DNA from: a virus
Lineage: Duplodnaviria; Caudoviricetes
IMG/VR virus record: IMGVR_UViG_3300034104_000851
Location: 1 to 58,385 of that record
DNA length: 58,385 nt
Direction: 5' to 3' (one strand)
Position 1 is the first letter of the stretch. Every line of letters begins with the position of its first letter. Below are positions 26,072 through 34,721 of this stretch, one piece after another. Below the pieces are notes generated by a model. That model was given only the letters and a program-made list of their open reading frames with translations. It made no database searches and was not told the origin of the DNA. A program made the position numbers and the translations under genes.

Positions 26072-28311
26072 TACATCATTCCTTCAGGGGCTTGTTCTTG
26101 CATTGGCATTTCCATCGGCATCTCAGGCTGTTCGCCCATCTCAGGGGCTTGCTGCATCTGTTCGTCCATCTGCGGTACTTCGCGCATTTCAGGTGAACCG
26201 CCGATCAAGTCGCCTGTATCCAGCGCGCCTGCAATCGTACCCATGACAATATCCTGAATTTGCTCAGGTGTCATGCTGTTTTGTACAGCAGAGATACGCT
26301 TGGTTTCGGCTTCGTAAGCCTGCACTTCAGCCTTGTACCTGTCGATGGCGATTTTCTGCTGTTCTGCGCTATCTTGGATGTTCTCCATGATGTCAGAGAC
26401 GCGGTTGAGTTCTTGTGACAGAGCCTCAATCTGCTGCTTGGCCGCCATGACTTCAGGCGATTGGTCGCCTTCTTCCAAGACTTTCGGGTCAAGAATTTTC
26501 TTAAACCGCTTCGCCATCTCCTGCGCTCCGGGCCAATCCATGTTCTTGATGAACAAATCGCCGGCCACAGTCCAAAGCTGCGGGTTGGATTGCAGAATCA
26601 TTGACATGGCGTCGAGCGCCTCTTGACGCTTGGTCATGTAGCCGGGGCCAGTTGTGACCATAACGTCGTATGTGCCGATTGACGGGTTGTAGATTTTTTC
26701 GATCAGTCCGCCATTTTGGTCACGAATTTCCTTGACAGGCTCTTGCTGCATTGGGTCCATTTTGACCATGCTGACTTCGCCATCAACGCCAATAATACGC
26801 GCAATGCGCTGTGTGTCGTAAATCTTAGGGATAATATCGACAAGCTGGCGGGTGATGTGACGGATCGCACGGGCAAGGTTATCAACATAGTGGTACGTGC
26901 CGACATCGCCCTGCTTTTCGCGTGCGGTGATGGCTTTTGCAGACCGTTCGTTGCCTTGTTGACCCAATGAGGCGTCATACTGGCCGGTGGTGGACTTGAT
27001 GTCCTCACCAGCGCCCATTTTAGCCTGTATCAGCCCTGTTTGGGGTAGCGGGGGTGCTGCACGTTGCGGCAAAGGTAGAACGTTCCCAGCGCCGTCTGTA
27101 ACGTCTGGGTTGACTTCCAAATACGGCCAGTTGGTCGTGTTGGCAGTCTTCCACTGGTTTTCGTAGCCCTCGAACTGACCGCCATAAGCGATAAAGGGTG
27201 CTTTTGGTGCCAGCGCCAGCATTTCTGCTTCTTGGCTGGTCCAGTAGTTGTACATACGCTGTGCGTCTTTGGCGTTCCGCACCAGACCGGACACGTAAAT
27301 CTGTCCTTGCACTTCAAATTCGTTACCTACGACGCGCACGACAGGTATCCAACTGCCCGGCCATTCGCGTTCGTCCAGCACGTCATAGCCATTGGTCTTC
27401 ATCCACATGACTTTTTTGCGGTCTACTTCGCGGCTACGGACAGGCTTGCCGTACATGGCGCGCAGTTGCTTATCCATCGGCGTATCTTTGAACGCCGTGA
27501 CGTTGTCTGGGTACAGGTTCAGCGTCTCGCGCTTGCGCTTATAGTAAAAATACTCCGCGACGCGGATAGTGTCTTCGTCAAGCCATGCCGACATGCTTTC
27601 ATCGCCGACAGCGGTGGACAGAATCGACGAAATGGGCGTTGCGTCTGGAAACTCGCGCTCATACTCGTCTTTCGTCATATCCTGCGTGACAAAGCACCAT
27701 TCAGCGTCTGCGCCGCATGGGTCTTGGATCGTAGGGTCCATGTAAACGCTAAACGAGTTGCGGACGCGCATAATCCGCACGTCTTGGTCGAAAGTCTCTT
27801 CGTTGCAGTATTCCGTAATGAGACGGATATAGCCTTCACCGTAGGTGACTTGGTTATCACAGGCTGTGTCGTAGGCTACGTCCGCATCGGACATATACTC
27901 GATATGCCGCACGACGCCGTCGAAGATCGCTGCCACTTCAATGTCAGCGTTGTCATCGACAGGTATTACTTTACCCGCAGGGCGGTTTTGACGCTGTTCG
28001 TTCGTTACCTGACGGACGTGCTGCGGCAATTTGTTAATTGTCAGGCAGGGACGTGCGTTAATTGTCTGGCCTTGCACCGCACCGCGGGTCGCTAACACGT
28101 CAGCAGGCCACTGCCACTGGTTGTCAGGGCTACCGGCCATGAACCGTAGGTCGTCCAGTTCGTCTTCACGGCTGTCCGAATAGGCTGCCATCGACATCTG
28201 TAGCCGGTGGCGCATGGTTGCCATTGTATCAGGGTCACCGCGAGTGTTCGCTGGATCGCTACCGATGTCAGCTACATCGCCTACTTTGTTAATACCTGTC
28301 GGATCAGCCAT
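26071..28311 (-). CDS. Portal protein (P22-like)
   Basis: 746 aa; QWP, RPCLTINKL, KDAQRMYNYW, GTYDV.V.TGP motifs; C-terminal coiled barrel. Confidence 0.93.
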   Translation of the reverse strand: MADPTGINKVGDVADIGSDPANTRGDPDTMATMRHRLQMSMAAYSDSREDELDDLRFMAGSPDNQWQWPADVLATRGAVQGQTINARPCLTINKLPQHVRQVTNEQRQNRPAGKVIPVDDNADIEVAAIFDGVVRHIEYMSDADVAYDTACDNQVTYGEGYIRLITEYCNEETFDQDVRIMRVRNSFSVYMDPTIQDPCGADAEWCFVTQDMTKDEYEREFPDATPISSILSTAVGDESMSAWLDEDTIRVAEYFYYKRKRETLNLYPDNVTAFKDTPMDKQLRAMYGKPVRSREVDRKKVMWMKTNGYDVLDEREWPGSWIPVVRVVGNEFEVQGQIYVSGLVRNAKDAQRMYNYWTSQEAEMLALAPKAPFIAYGGQFEGYENQWKTANTTNWPYLEVNPDVTDGAGNVLPLPQRAAPPLPQTGLIQAKMGAGEDIKSTTGQYDASLGQQGNERSAKAITAREKQGDVGTYHYVDNLARAIRHITRQLVDIIPKIYDTQRIARIIGVDGEVSMVKMDPMQQEPVKEIRDQNGGLIEKIYNPSIGTYDVMVTTGPGYMTKRQEALDAMSMILQSNPQLWTVAGDLFIKNMDWPGAQEMAKRFKKILDPKVLEEGDQSPEVMAAKQQIEALSQELNRVSDIMENIQDSAEQQKIAIDRYKAEVQAYEAETKRISAVQNSMTPEQIQDIVMGTIAGALDTGDLIGGSPEMREVPQMDEQMQQAPEMGEQPEMPMEMPMQEQAPEGMM

Positions 28312-28316
28312 TGTGG

Positions 28317-28457
28317 TTACTTTTTACCTTTTTTAGCGGATTCACGCTTTACGCTATACGCGATTGCGACCGCCTGTTTGACAGGTTTTCCGGCGTTTAC
28401 CTCAGCCTTGATGTTCTTGCGGAACGCGGCTTTGCTGGGCGACTTGACCAGAGGCAC
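28317..28457 (-). CDS. Small basic protein (QAVAIA type)
   Basis: MPLVKSPSKAAFRKNIKAE...KQAVAIAYS; read manually; GTG start. Confidence 0.7.
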   Translation of the reverse strand: MPLVKSPSKAAFRKNIKAEVNAGKPVKQAVAIAYSVKRESAKKGKK

Positions 28458-28458
28458 T

Positions 28459-28680
28459 TTATTTCTTCTTTGTTGGCGTTGGCTTCATCGACACGGTCGT
28501 GCGGATGACTTGCACTGGCTTGGCCGCCTTCATCAACTCAGGGCCGCGTGTCGTGCCTTCGCGGGCTACAGCTTTCATGGCTGCGCGTGCGCGTGCTGGG
28601 TCGCGGTTAGCCATTGCAGCCTTTTCAGCCTTTACAGTGCCTGTCTTATACAGGGCTTTGGTGTATTTATTAGCTGGCAT
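28459..28680 (-). CDS. Small basic protein
   Basis: Lys/Arg/Ala-rich, tightly packed with neighbours. Confidence 0.65.
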   Translation of the reverse strand: MPANKYTKALYKTGTVKAEKAAMANRDPARARAAMKAVAREGTTRGPELMKAAKPVQVIRTTVSMKPTPTKKK

Positions 28681-28839
28681 TTACTTACCCTTCTTAGCTG
28701 GTTTGGCTGTTTTGGCGCTTTCTTTGAAAGCCTTGGCTGTGGGGGCGCCTTTAGCGCCCGGTTTACGCATTTTCTCGCCTGATCCAGCGGCGATCCGCTC
28801 TTTCTTGGCGTTGATGTTGGCATATAGACCCTTTTTCAT
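28681..28839 (-). CDS. Small basic protein (GLYANI...GSGEKMRKPG.KGAPT type)
   Basis: Read manually; recognisable conserved phage peptide. Confidence 0.75.
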   Translation of the reverse strand: MKKGLYANINAKKERIAAGSGEKMRKPGAKGAPTAKAFKESAKTAKPAKKGK

Positions 28840-29102
28840 GGGCATTTCCACCTTTTCAAACTAGCTTTGGCGCGTTCGCCGTCTTTTGCCTTGGCTGCAA
28901 CAGCCCCCATGCGGGCGCAGAACGACGCTTTGCGTCCTGCGTCAGCCTTTGTCTTCGGATTCGGCGCTGGAGCCTTCAATTTGCTGCCTGTTGCAGCGTT
29001 ATATTTCGCTCTACCAGCGGCAGTCAGGCCCGCGCCCTTTGACACAGGCAACTTCTCGCCTCTGCCAACGGACAATGACACTGATTTTTTCTTGTCTGCC
29101 AC
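28836..29102 (-). CDS. Small basic protein (DUF6321-like)
   Basis: GLTAAGRAKYN..TGSKLKAP...RKASFCARM...SLKRWKC. Confidence 0.7.
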   Translation of the reverse strand: MADKKKSVSLSVGRGEKLPVSKGAGLTAAGRAKYNAATGSKLKAPAPNPKTKADAGRKASFCARMGAVAAKAKDGERAKASLKRWKCP

Positions 29103-30637
29103 TAGCTGCCCATCCAAGATGTAGAATATCCAGCGGGAGAATACCCGCTTGAGGAGCGTCTGTCAACGCGTCCTTGTCGTGGGTCTTTAGATGCTACAGG
29201 AAAGGCAAATGTCACCGCTATGGCGTCCGCTGCGTCAGGTGACGCCAGCCCGCGTGACTTCATATCTTTCTTACTTTCGAGGAACAGCGTTCCTTTACTA
29301 TCCGGCTTGGTGCGCGGGCTGATGAGGTCTGTCTTCAGGAACCTGTCGTTGGGGATGTGCGCCGTTTTGAGCCACTCACGCATGGCGCCCCACATCTCCG
29401 CGCGCTTGTTGCCCCACATGATCTGGTTCTTGGCTTTATTGCCGAAGTTCACGCCGCGTATCTTGTACCGCTGCTCTTTCAGCCGGTCTACGACGCCTGC
29501 GCCTAACCCGCCTTCGTCGATGCACACCAGCGCCGGCTTGAACTGCTCTATGGCGTCGATGACGTAGCCAGCCACTTCCATTGTGTCAGCGCCGCGGTGC
29601 CTGCGTAACTCTAGGATGTCACGGCCCTGCCGTATGGCGATGACGGTAGCATCTGCCCCGAAGCGTGCAGGGTCTACCCCTATGACGATGGGCGCGCTGT
29701 CGTCCTTGATGGGTGGCCGCTTCATGGCGTCATCGACCAGATTGCTGCCAATGAACTGATCGTCACCTTCGCTGGGGAAGTTACCGTAGACTTCGACACT
29801 GGCTTGGTAGCTGTCTGGCCCGTATTCATCTATGATGCGCTGGTACAGGTTTTTGTCTGTACCCTCGACATCGCGGGCGTCGATTGTGCGTGTTGTCCAG
29901 AACGCCCGCTTGCTGTGGAACGTCTCGTAGAAATAGCCTGTGTTACGCCGCGGGTTGGAGAAGGCCAGATGGAAGCGGTGCGGTGTATTCTCTGTGAAGA
30001 AACCATCGCTCACCGACCAGATTGAGTCTGGAATACCGCTGGCTTCGTCGAAGATCAGCATCACACCGTCGAAGTTGTGGACACCTGCGTAGGCGTCAGG
30101 GTTCTCTTCCGACCACAGCCGGCCTTCGACTGACCAGTAGCGCGTGCCTTTCTTCAGGTCACGCTCGACCAGTTCCGTCAGCCACTTGGCTGGCATGATG
30201 CGTGTGGCGGCTATCTCGAACCAGTGACTGTTGAGCGACATCGCCAGCCACTTGGTAATTTCTGCCCATGTTACGCTACGTAGCTGCGCTTCGGAGTTTG
30301 CCGACACGATGGTGGTCGAGCCGATTCTGCTGGAAAGCATCCATATCGTGAGCCATGACACCAGCGCCGACTTACCAATACCGCGTCCTGACGCAATCGC
30401 CAGTCGCGCCGTGTCGAAGTCAACCTTGCCGTTGTTCGCTTTGATGTGGTCACGCAAGTCGCCAAGTATCTGGCGCTGCCATTTGCGCGGTCCGGGGAAA
30501 TGTTCCAGCGGTGTGCCTGCTTGGCCCCACGGGAATGTATACAGCACAAATGCTAGGGGGTCATCCTTCAGACTGGGCGACCACAGCCGCGCCATCAACT
30601 CCATCTCGTCTTGCGCTGAATATATCGGCTGCTGCAT
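29102..30637 (-). CDS. terL: Terminase large subunit
   Basis: Walker A SGRGIGKS, Walker B LIFDEASG, FSNP coupling motif, nuclease IGVDPARFGAD and SPDAADA. Confidence 0.95.
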   Translation of the reverse strand: MQQPIYSAQDEMELMARLWSPSLKDDPLAFVLYTFPWGQAGTPLEHFPGPRKWQRQILGDLRDHIKANNGKVDFDTARLAIASGRGIGKSALVSWLTIWMLSSRIGSTTIVSANSEAQLRSVTWAEITKWLAMSLNSHWFEIAATRIMPAKWLTELVERDLKKGTRYWSVEGRLWSEENPDAYAGVHNFDGVMLIFDEASGIPDSIWSVSDGFFTENTPHRFHLAFSNPRRNTGYFYETFHSKRAFWTTRTIDARDVEGTDKNLYQRIIDEYGPDSYQASVEVYGNFPSEGDDQFIGSNLVDDAMKRPPIKDDSAPIVIGVDPARFGADATVIAIRQGRDILELRRHRGADTMEVAGYVIDAIEQFKPALVCIDEGGLGAGVVDRLKEQRYKIRGVNFGNKAKNQIMWGNKRAEMWGAMREWLKTAHIPNDRFLKTDLISPRTKPDSKGTLFLESKKDMKSRGLASPDAADAIAVTFAFPVASKDPRQGRVDRRSSSGYSPAGYSTSWMGS

Positions 30638-31058
30638 GTGTGTTATCCTCTAGCTGGGGCAGTTCAGTGTACAGCCCCTCGATGACGCGCGACTGTGCTT
30701 TTTCCAGCGCGCCTGTAATGCTTATCTGTTGGTCGATGTTCACGTCGATCTGCTGCTTGGCTACCCAGCCGTGCTGATGCTTGAGTATCTCCAGCGCAGC
30801 CTTGCTGTCGCCATCGCGCGCCGCTTCGTACATGGTCTTAGCCGACACGTACTCGCCATCGGCACGACCTTTGATTTCGGCCATCTCGACCAGCGGATCA
30901 GCGTCGGCCAGCACGCGGTATTGCCGCGGGGTTAATCCAGCGGCCATAGCGAGACTGTCACCCTTCAGGCCGTAACGCGCTGCTTCATAGATCGCCTCTA
31001 GCCGCGCCTCGGTGGCCTGCGTCCGCTCTGGTGTAAATGGCAGTGAGTAGAAAGTCAT
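30561..31058 (-). CDS. terS: Terminase small subunit
   Basis: HTH-like N-terminus, upstream of terL; start MTFYSLP fits the promoter spacing. Confidence 0.75.
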   Translation of the reverse strand: MTFYSLPFTPERTQATEARLEAIYEAARYGLKGDSLAMAAGLTPRQYRVLADADPLVEMAEIKGRADGEYVSAKTMYEAARDGDSKAALEILKHQHGWVAKQQIDVNIDQQISITGALEKAQSRVIEGLYTELPQLEDNTHAAADIFSARRDGVDGAAVVAQSEG

Positions 31059-31065
31059 TGGGCGT

Positions 31066-31094
31066 ACTATAGTGTGTTGCATTTTAATTTGCAA
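31066..31094 (-). promoter_or_regulatory. terS promoter, probably leaderless
   Basis: TTGCAA-N17-TATAGT-N7-ATG with an upstream T-tract. Confidence 0.7.
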
Positions 31095-31100
31095 AAAAAA

Positions 31101-31200
31101 TAAAAATTGACGCGGGCCGGGCTGCTTACCGGAGTGCGTTTGGCTTTTGCGCGAAAATCCAAAAACCTCAACAGACATCTAATCTGCGCCGCCGCGTCAA
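31101..31200 (-). ncRNA. Putative cloverleaf-like ncRNA
   Basis: 9-bp terminal stem TTGACGCGG/CCGCGTCAA enclosing three hairpins; own promoter; followed by a T-tract. Confidence 0.55.
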
Positions 31201-31205
31201 AACAA

Positions 31206-31233
31206 ATAGTATGTGGTCGGGGATATTTTGCAA
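31206..31233 (-). promoter_or_regulatory. Promoter for the putative ncRNA
   Basis: TTGCAA-N16-TACTAT; -35 and upstream tract duplicate those of the terS promoter. Confidence 0.6.
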
Positions 31234-31436
31234 ATAAAAAAAATTGTTTGCGACCCATGCCCGTGACAGTCACGCGGCGCTCGGCCCTCCCACCCCCACC
31301 CCCCTGCCAGCAGCGTTCTAGCTTTGTTCTATAGCGTAGATTCTGGGTTGGCCTTTTCCTTTACGTCAACGTCAACGTAGCGAAAAAACATATTGCTGGC
31401 TGGCTATGCTGCGGTGCAACATTTTGCATGGGCGTT

Positions 31437-31877
31437 CTAGGCTATGCGATTGCATGTCATGACTGCGTAAATCATGACGCCATGACTGCGTAGGTCATGA
31501 CCGATTTGCGTAGTCATGACTGCGTGGTCATGACAGGGAAAGTTTACAATTGTTAAACATCTAGGCGATCTAGGCAATCGATTTGGGAGTCGTTCTCTAG
31601 AAAGTTATATTTTAACCATATAGGTTAATTATATACTTTTCTCAAACTGACTTAACATTCCATAGCCTAGATAGCCTAGAATCCTCGGCGAAGCGCAGAA
31701 ACCCTTGACTTTTTCCTAGGCAATTTAGCCCATTTTCATAGCCTAACAAATGACTATTTCGCCTAACTTTTCGCCTAACAATTTTCGCGCCAAATATCGC
31801 TTGGCAAAAATAGTCATTTTCTAGGCTATCAGTTAGGCTATCATTTTAGGCCAAATGACTATTTTAAGAGGGCCTAA
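31437..31877. repeat. About 13 YTAGGC/GCCTAR iterons and three AAATGACTATTT boxes around an AT-rich core; candidate origin or genome-end region
   Basis: 31560-31578 and 31662-31680 are 17/19 inverted repeats flanking the AT-rich 31600-31640. Confidence 0.7.
31456..31534. repeat. Six CATGAC units (four as the palindrome GTCATGAC) interspersed with TGCGT
   Basis: Direct reading. Confidence 0.9.
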
Positions 31878-31890
31878 AATCTTTTTTTAG

Positions 31891-31936
31891 TGCAACACAT
31901 TTTGTTGTTGACAGCATGAATAAGAGGGTAGATAAG
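31891..31936 (+). promoter_or_regulatory. Early promoter
   Basis: TTGACA at 31908-31913; -10 uncertain; preceded by the TGCAACACATTTTGTT motif. Confidence 0.55.
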
Positions 31937-31968
31937 AGGGTATCAACAACGCAATGGAGTGAGACACC

Positions 31969-32184
31969 ATGACAAATACATTCAACCCCGGTGACCGCGT
32001 AATGGCCCGCATATTTGGCAGCGACTATTATCCCGCGACTATTGTTAGTTCTGTGGGCTGGAGTTCTATCCCCTCAATGTGTTGTCCCGTCGAATTCGAC
32101 CGCAAGCCGGTAACCGCAAGCGGCACATTAAACAGCCGCCGCGTCACAGTTCTAAAGTGCAACGTTAAGGAGTTGGCAGCATGA
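31969..32184 (+). CDS. Early hypothetical protein
   Basis: GGAG RBS; FNPGDRV start suggests an SH3/Tudor-like fold. Confidence 0.7.
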   Translation: MTNTFNPGDRVMARIFGSDYYPATIVSSVGWSSIPSMCCPVEFDRKPVTASGTLNSRRVTVLKCNVKELAA

Positions 32185-32396
32185 ACCGCGAATATATCAT
32201 TTGGGGCAAGCCACCGCACAGCGACGACGAAACCCTGTTAGTGTCCGAAACCGCTGGCATTGCCAGCATGGAACAAGCGCAACGGGTTATCGCAACGCTA
32301 ACAGACGTGCATGGTTGCACCGATTGCCGCGTTCAAGTGTTTACGCTTGGCAATGGCGCCGACGTTATAAACGCATTTAGGAGTGCAATCGCATGA
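32181..32396 (+). CDS. Early hypothetical protein
   Basis: AAGGAG RBS; ATGA overlap. Confidence 0.7.
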   Translation: MNREYIIWGKPPHSDDETLLVSETAGIASMEQAQRVIATLTDVHGCTDCRVQVFTLGNGADVINAFRSAIA

Positions 32397-32581
32397 CAAA
32401 TATCCCCGCACTTTGTGACCGCTGCAATAGCTGGATAATCACCGACAACGGCCAAGCTGTCATTGAGACATGGAGCCGCGACTATGTCGAAACAATCGCC
32501 AGCCGCGAAATGCCCGGCGTTGTTATCTACACCGCGCTGCAATGGTTGCAGCACTTCAACACTAACTTAGGAGCAAAGTAA
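32393..32581 (+). CDS. Early hypothetical protein
   Basis: AGGAG RBS; ATGA overlap. Confidence 0.7.
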   Translation: MTNIPALCDRCNSWIITDNGQAVIETWSRDYVETIASREMPGVVIYTALQWLQHFNTNLGAK

Positions 32582-32582
32582 A

Positions 32583-32765
32583 ATGGACAAAGTAGCAATA
32601 CATGAAGGTAACGCTGTAGCTTATTTGTGCGACTTAGGCGTTTCACGTTTAGAGGCGCGGCGAGTGCTTAGTGACTGCCCTATCGCATCATCATTCGGCG
32701 GCGCTGACTATTACTACCCAAAAGACCTGCACAAGGCCGCCGATAGCTACCTAGCAGACGCTTAA
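32583..32765 (+). CDS. Early hypothetical protein
   Basis: AGGAG RBS. Confidence 0.65.
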   Translation: MDKVAIHEGNAVAYLCDLGVSRLEARRVLSDCPIASSFGGADYYYPKDLHKAADSYLADA

Positions 32766-32788
32766 CCAATCAATAGGAGTGAGAAACT

Positions 32789-33019
32789 ATGCACAACGGA
32801 CATAAAAACTGGAACCATTGGAACGTATCGCTTTGGCTTAACAATGACGAAGGCCTTTACCGCGAAATGATCCATTTCCTTGGCTATGCGCCAACCAAAG
32901 ATCGCGCTGCGCGGATGATGGCCGACAGCCTTAAATCAAGCGGCGCGACGCATACACGCGACGGTGCGCCATATAGCTACACAACCATTCGCGCTGCAAT
33001 GCGCCACCATGAATATTGA
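32789..33019 (+). CDS. Conserved phage early protein (NG..NW..WNV.LWL.NDEGLY type)
   Basis: Recognisable motif; AGGAG RBS. Confidence 0.75.
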   Translation: MHNGHKNWNHWNVSLWLNNDEGLYREMIHFLGYAPTKDRAARMMADSLKSSGATHTRDGAPYSYTTIRAAMRHHEY

Positions 33020-33028
33020 GCCGCGCAC

Positions 33029-33118
33029 ATGATCGCCCACATAGCAATCATAACATTCTTTATGGGCGTCGGCGCCCTATCAATCTACGCAATCATTAAA
33101 ACAGTGCGGGAAGCATAA
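33029..33118 (+). CDS. 29-aa single-TM peptide
   Basis: MIAHIAIITFFMGVGALSIYAIIKTVREA; fills the gap. Confidence 0.5.
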   Translation: MIAHIAIITFFMGVGALSIYAIIKTVREA

Positions 33119-33119
33119 C

Positions 33120-33356
33120 ATGAAATTTGAACTATTCGGCGGATGTGATGAATTCCAAGATTATGAATTGCGTGAGACTGGCCGCAATGCCGCTTGCCGT
33201 TCAATCATTTTGACCTTGCGTAACGGCAAGCCGGATTACGCAGTTGTTCGACGTTCGCTAACAAATGAGAGTGCGTTTGGTGACAAGGCCGAATTTACAC
33301 TGGGCGACCGAGCGTTCGCCGCACTCGCCGCTATATGGAAGGAACATAGTCAATGA
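33120..33356 (+). CDS. Early hypothetical protein
   Basis: Tight operon packing. Confidence 0.65.
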   Translation: MKFELFGGCDEFQDYELRETGRNAACRSIILTLRNGKPDYAVVRRSLTNESAFGDKAEFTLGDRAFAALAAIWKEHSQ

Positions 33357-33550
33357 ACCCTGTTGATTACTACGCCGCCGCGCAAGAGCGCCGCCAGCGC
33401 GATAAAATGCTGCGCGATGCCGCGCCTGACCTGTTGGCCGCATTAGAACACGTTGACGCATACCTTGCGCCAGAGGGCGATGAAGAGGACCATTACAACT
33501 ATATCCGCGCAATCATCAAAGGCGCGATTTCAAAAGCACAAGGAGCATAA
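33353..33550 (+). CDS. Early protein with AAPDLLAALE motif
   Basis: Common phage motif AAPDLL.AL...AI.KA.G. Confidence 0.75.
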   Translation: MNPVDYYAAAQERRQRDKMLRDAAPDLLAALEHVDAYLAPEGDEEDHYNYIRAIIKGAISKAQGA

Positions 33551-33551
33551 C

Positions 33552-33785
33552 ATGACACAAGACCGCAACTACCTACGCATGATGCACGACTGCGAATTGT
33601 CGCACTACGCATCGGAAAACGTCCGCACCGAATTAGAATTTGTCCTGCTGGAGCGCCTAGAGCATCTGATAGGCGTTGACGACGAACTAGAGGACGCAAA
33701 GCGCGAGATTGTCGAACTAAACGCACGGCTCGACCGCTGGATGGAACAAGCCAACGCCCTGCAAGCGCAACTAGAGGCCAAATGA
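33552..33785 (+). CDS. Early coiled-coil protein
   Basis: AGGAG RBS before MTQDRNY; heptad pattern. Confidence 0.7.
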   Translation: MTQDRNYLRMMHDCELSHYASENVRTELEFVLLERLEHLIGVDDELEDAKREIVELNARLDRWMEQANALQAQLEAK

Positions 33786-33841
33786 TTGCGGTTATCGCTG
33801 GAGCCGCCCTATTCCTATTAACTTTACTACTGGAGGATTGA
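33782..33841 (+). CDS. 19-aa hydrophobic peptide
   Basis: MIAVIAGAALFLLTLLLED; ATGA overlap; GAGG RBS. Confidence 0.45.
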   Translation: MIAVIAGAALFLLTLLLED

Positions 33842-33844
33842 CCA

Positions 33845-34045
33845 ATGAACCAATATCAAATTGCAATCATAATGCTGTTAATATCGCAAGGCGTCACGCT
33901 GTTGCTACTATCGGAAGCCATTAAGCGCGGCAGCAAATGGCAAGCCATGTGGACACGCGACACATCGGAACTGCTATTCTGGAAGCGCAACGGCATCCTA
34001 CGCGATCCATTGACAGGCAAATACCGCAAGCGGGATAAAAGCTGA
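33845..34045 (+). CDS. Membrane-anchored early protein
   Basis: GGAGG RBS; N-terminal TM; C-terminal RDPLTGKY. Confidence 0.7.
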   Translation: MNQYQIAIIMLLISQGVTLLLLSEAIKRGSKWQAMWTRDTSELLFWKRNGILRDPLTGKYRKRDKS

Positions 34046-34386
34046 TGGAATACGCCATACGCAAGCAAATAAAGCACCTGTGCGGCTATATCAGCGACAA
34101 ATCCGCTGTGTTGCAGCACATCAACAGGGAACACAATCTACGCCTGACGCTGCGCGACATAGAGGATATAGACGAAGCCACATCACGCCACCGCGCACGG
34201 CGGACAGACCTAGCCGCTATGATACCATCGCCGCTGATTGTGACGCACAAGCACAAGGGGCACGACCCGCTGGCCTTGGCGCTGTTCAAATACCACGCGG
34301 CGCGGACGTTCGGCCCTGAACAAGCCTATTGGTTGGATAGGATGAACGACCGCAAGCCGAAGCCCACCACTACAATCGAACTGTAA
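34045..34386 (+). CDS. Early hypothetical protein
   Basis: TGATG overlap. Confidence 0.65.
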   Translation: MEYAIRKQIKHLCGYISDKSAVLQHINREHNLRLTLRDIEDIDEATSRHRARRTDLAAMIPSPLIVTHKHKGHDPLALALFKYHAARTFGPEQAYWLDRMNDRKPKPTTTIEL

Positions 34387-34397
34387 AGGACAGACAC

Positions 34398-34547
34398 ATG
34401 ATTAAACCACAACAAGCCGCGCCTATGGGGCGTAAGCATCGCGTTTCATCCGACAGCGCATGGCCGCTGCGCGGACCAGATGGCAAGACCTTCGCGGAAC
34501 GCCGCGCAGAACGCGAAAAGGAGCAAAGCAAATGCCTAGACCAATGA
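34398..34547 (+). CDS. 49-aa hypothetical protein
   Basis: AAGGA RBS; read manually. Confidence 0.55.
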   Translation: MIKPQQAAPMGRKHRVSSDSAWPLRGPDGKTFAERRAEREKEQSKCLDQ

Positions 34548-34717
34548 CATACCCAATCGGAACGCTGGCCGTAGGCGAGAGCGCCACCATGCCAGCCACA
34601 AAGAAGGGCGATGCCAAGCGCACCAGCCGCAACGTGAGCCAATACGGCATCCGCAACGGTAAAGCCTTCAAGTGCCGCACTGTGGGCGGCGTAACCTTCA
34701 TAACTAGATGGATGTAA
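34532..34717 (+). CDS. Small basic putative DNA-binding protein
   Basis: YP...L.VGES...P...F.CR......ITR pattern; AGGAG RBS. Confidence 0.65.
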   Translation: MPRPMTYPIGTLAVGESATMPATKKGDAKRTSRNVSQYGIRNGKAFKCRTVGGVTFITRWM

Positions 34718-34721
34718 GCAA

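Noticed and set aside
31101-31200. Canonical tRNA gene
   Set aside because: No TTCRA T-loop, no 7-nt anticodon loop, no CCA; kept only as an ncRNA candidate
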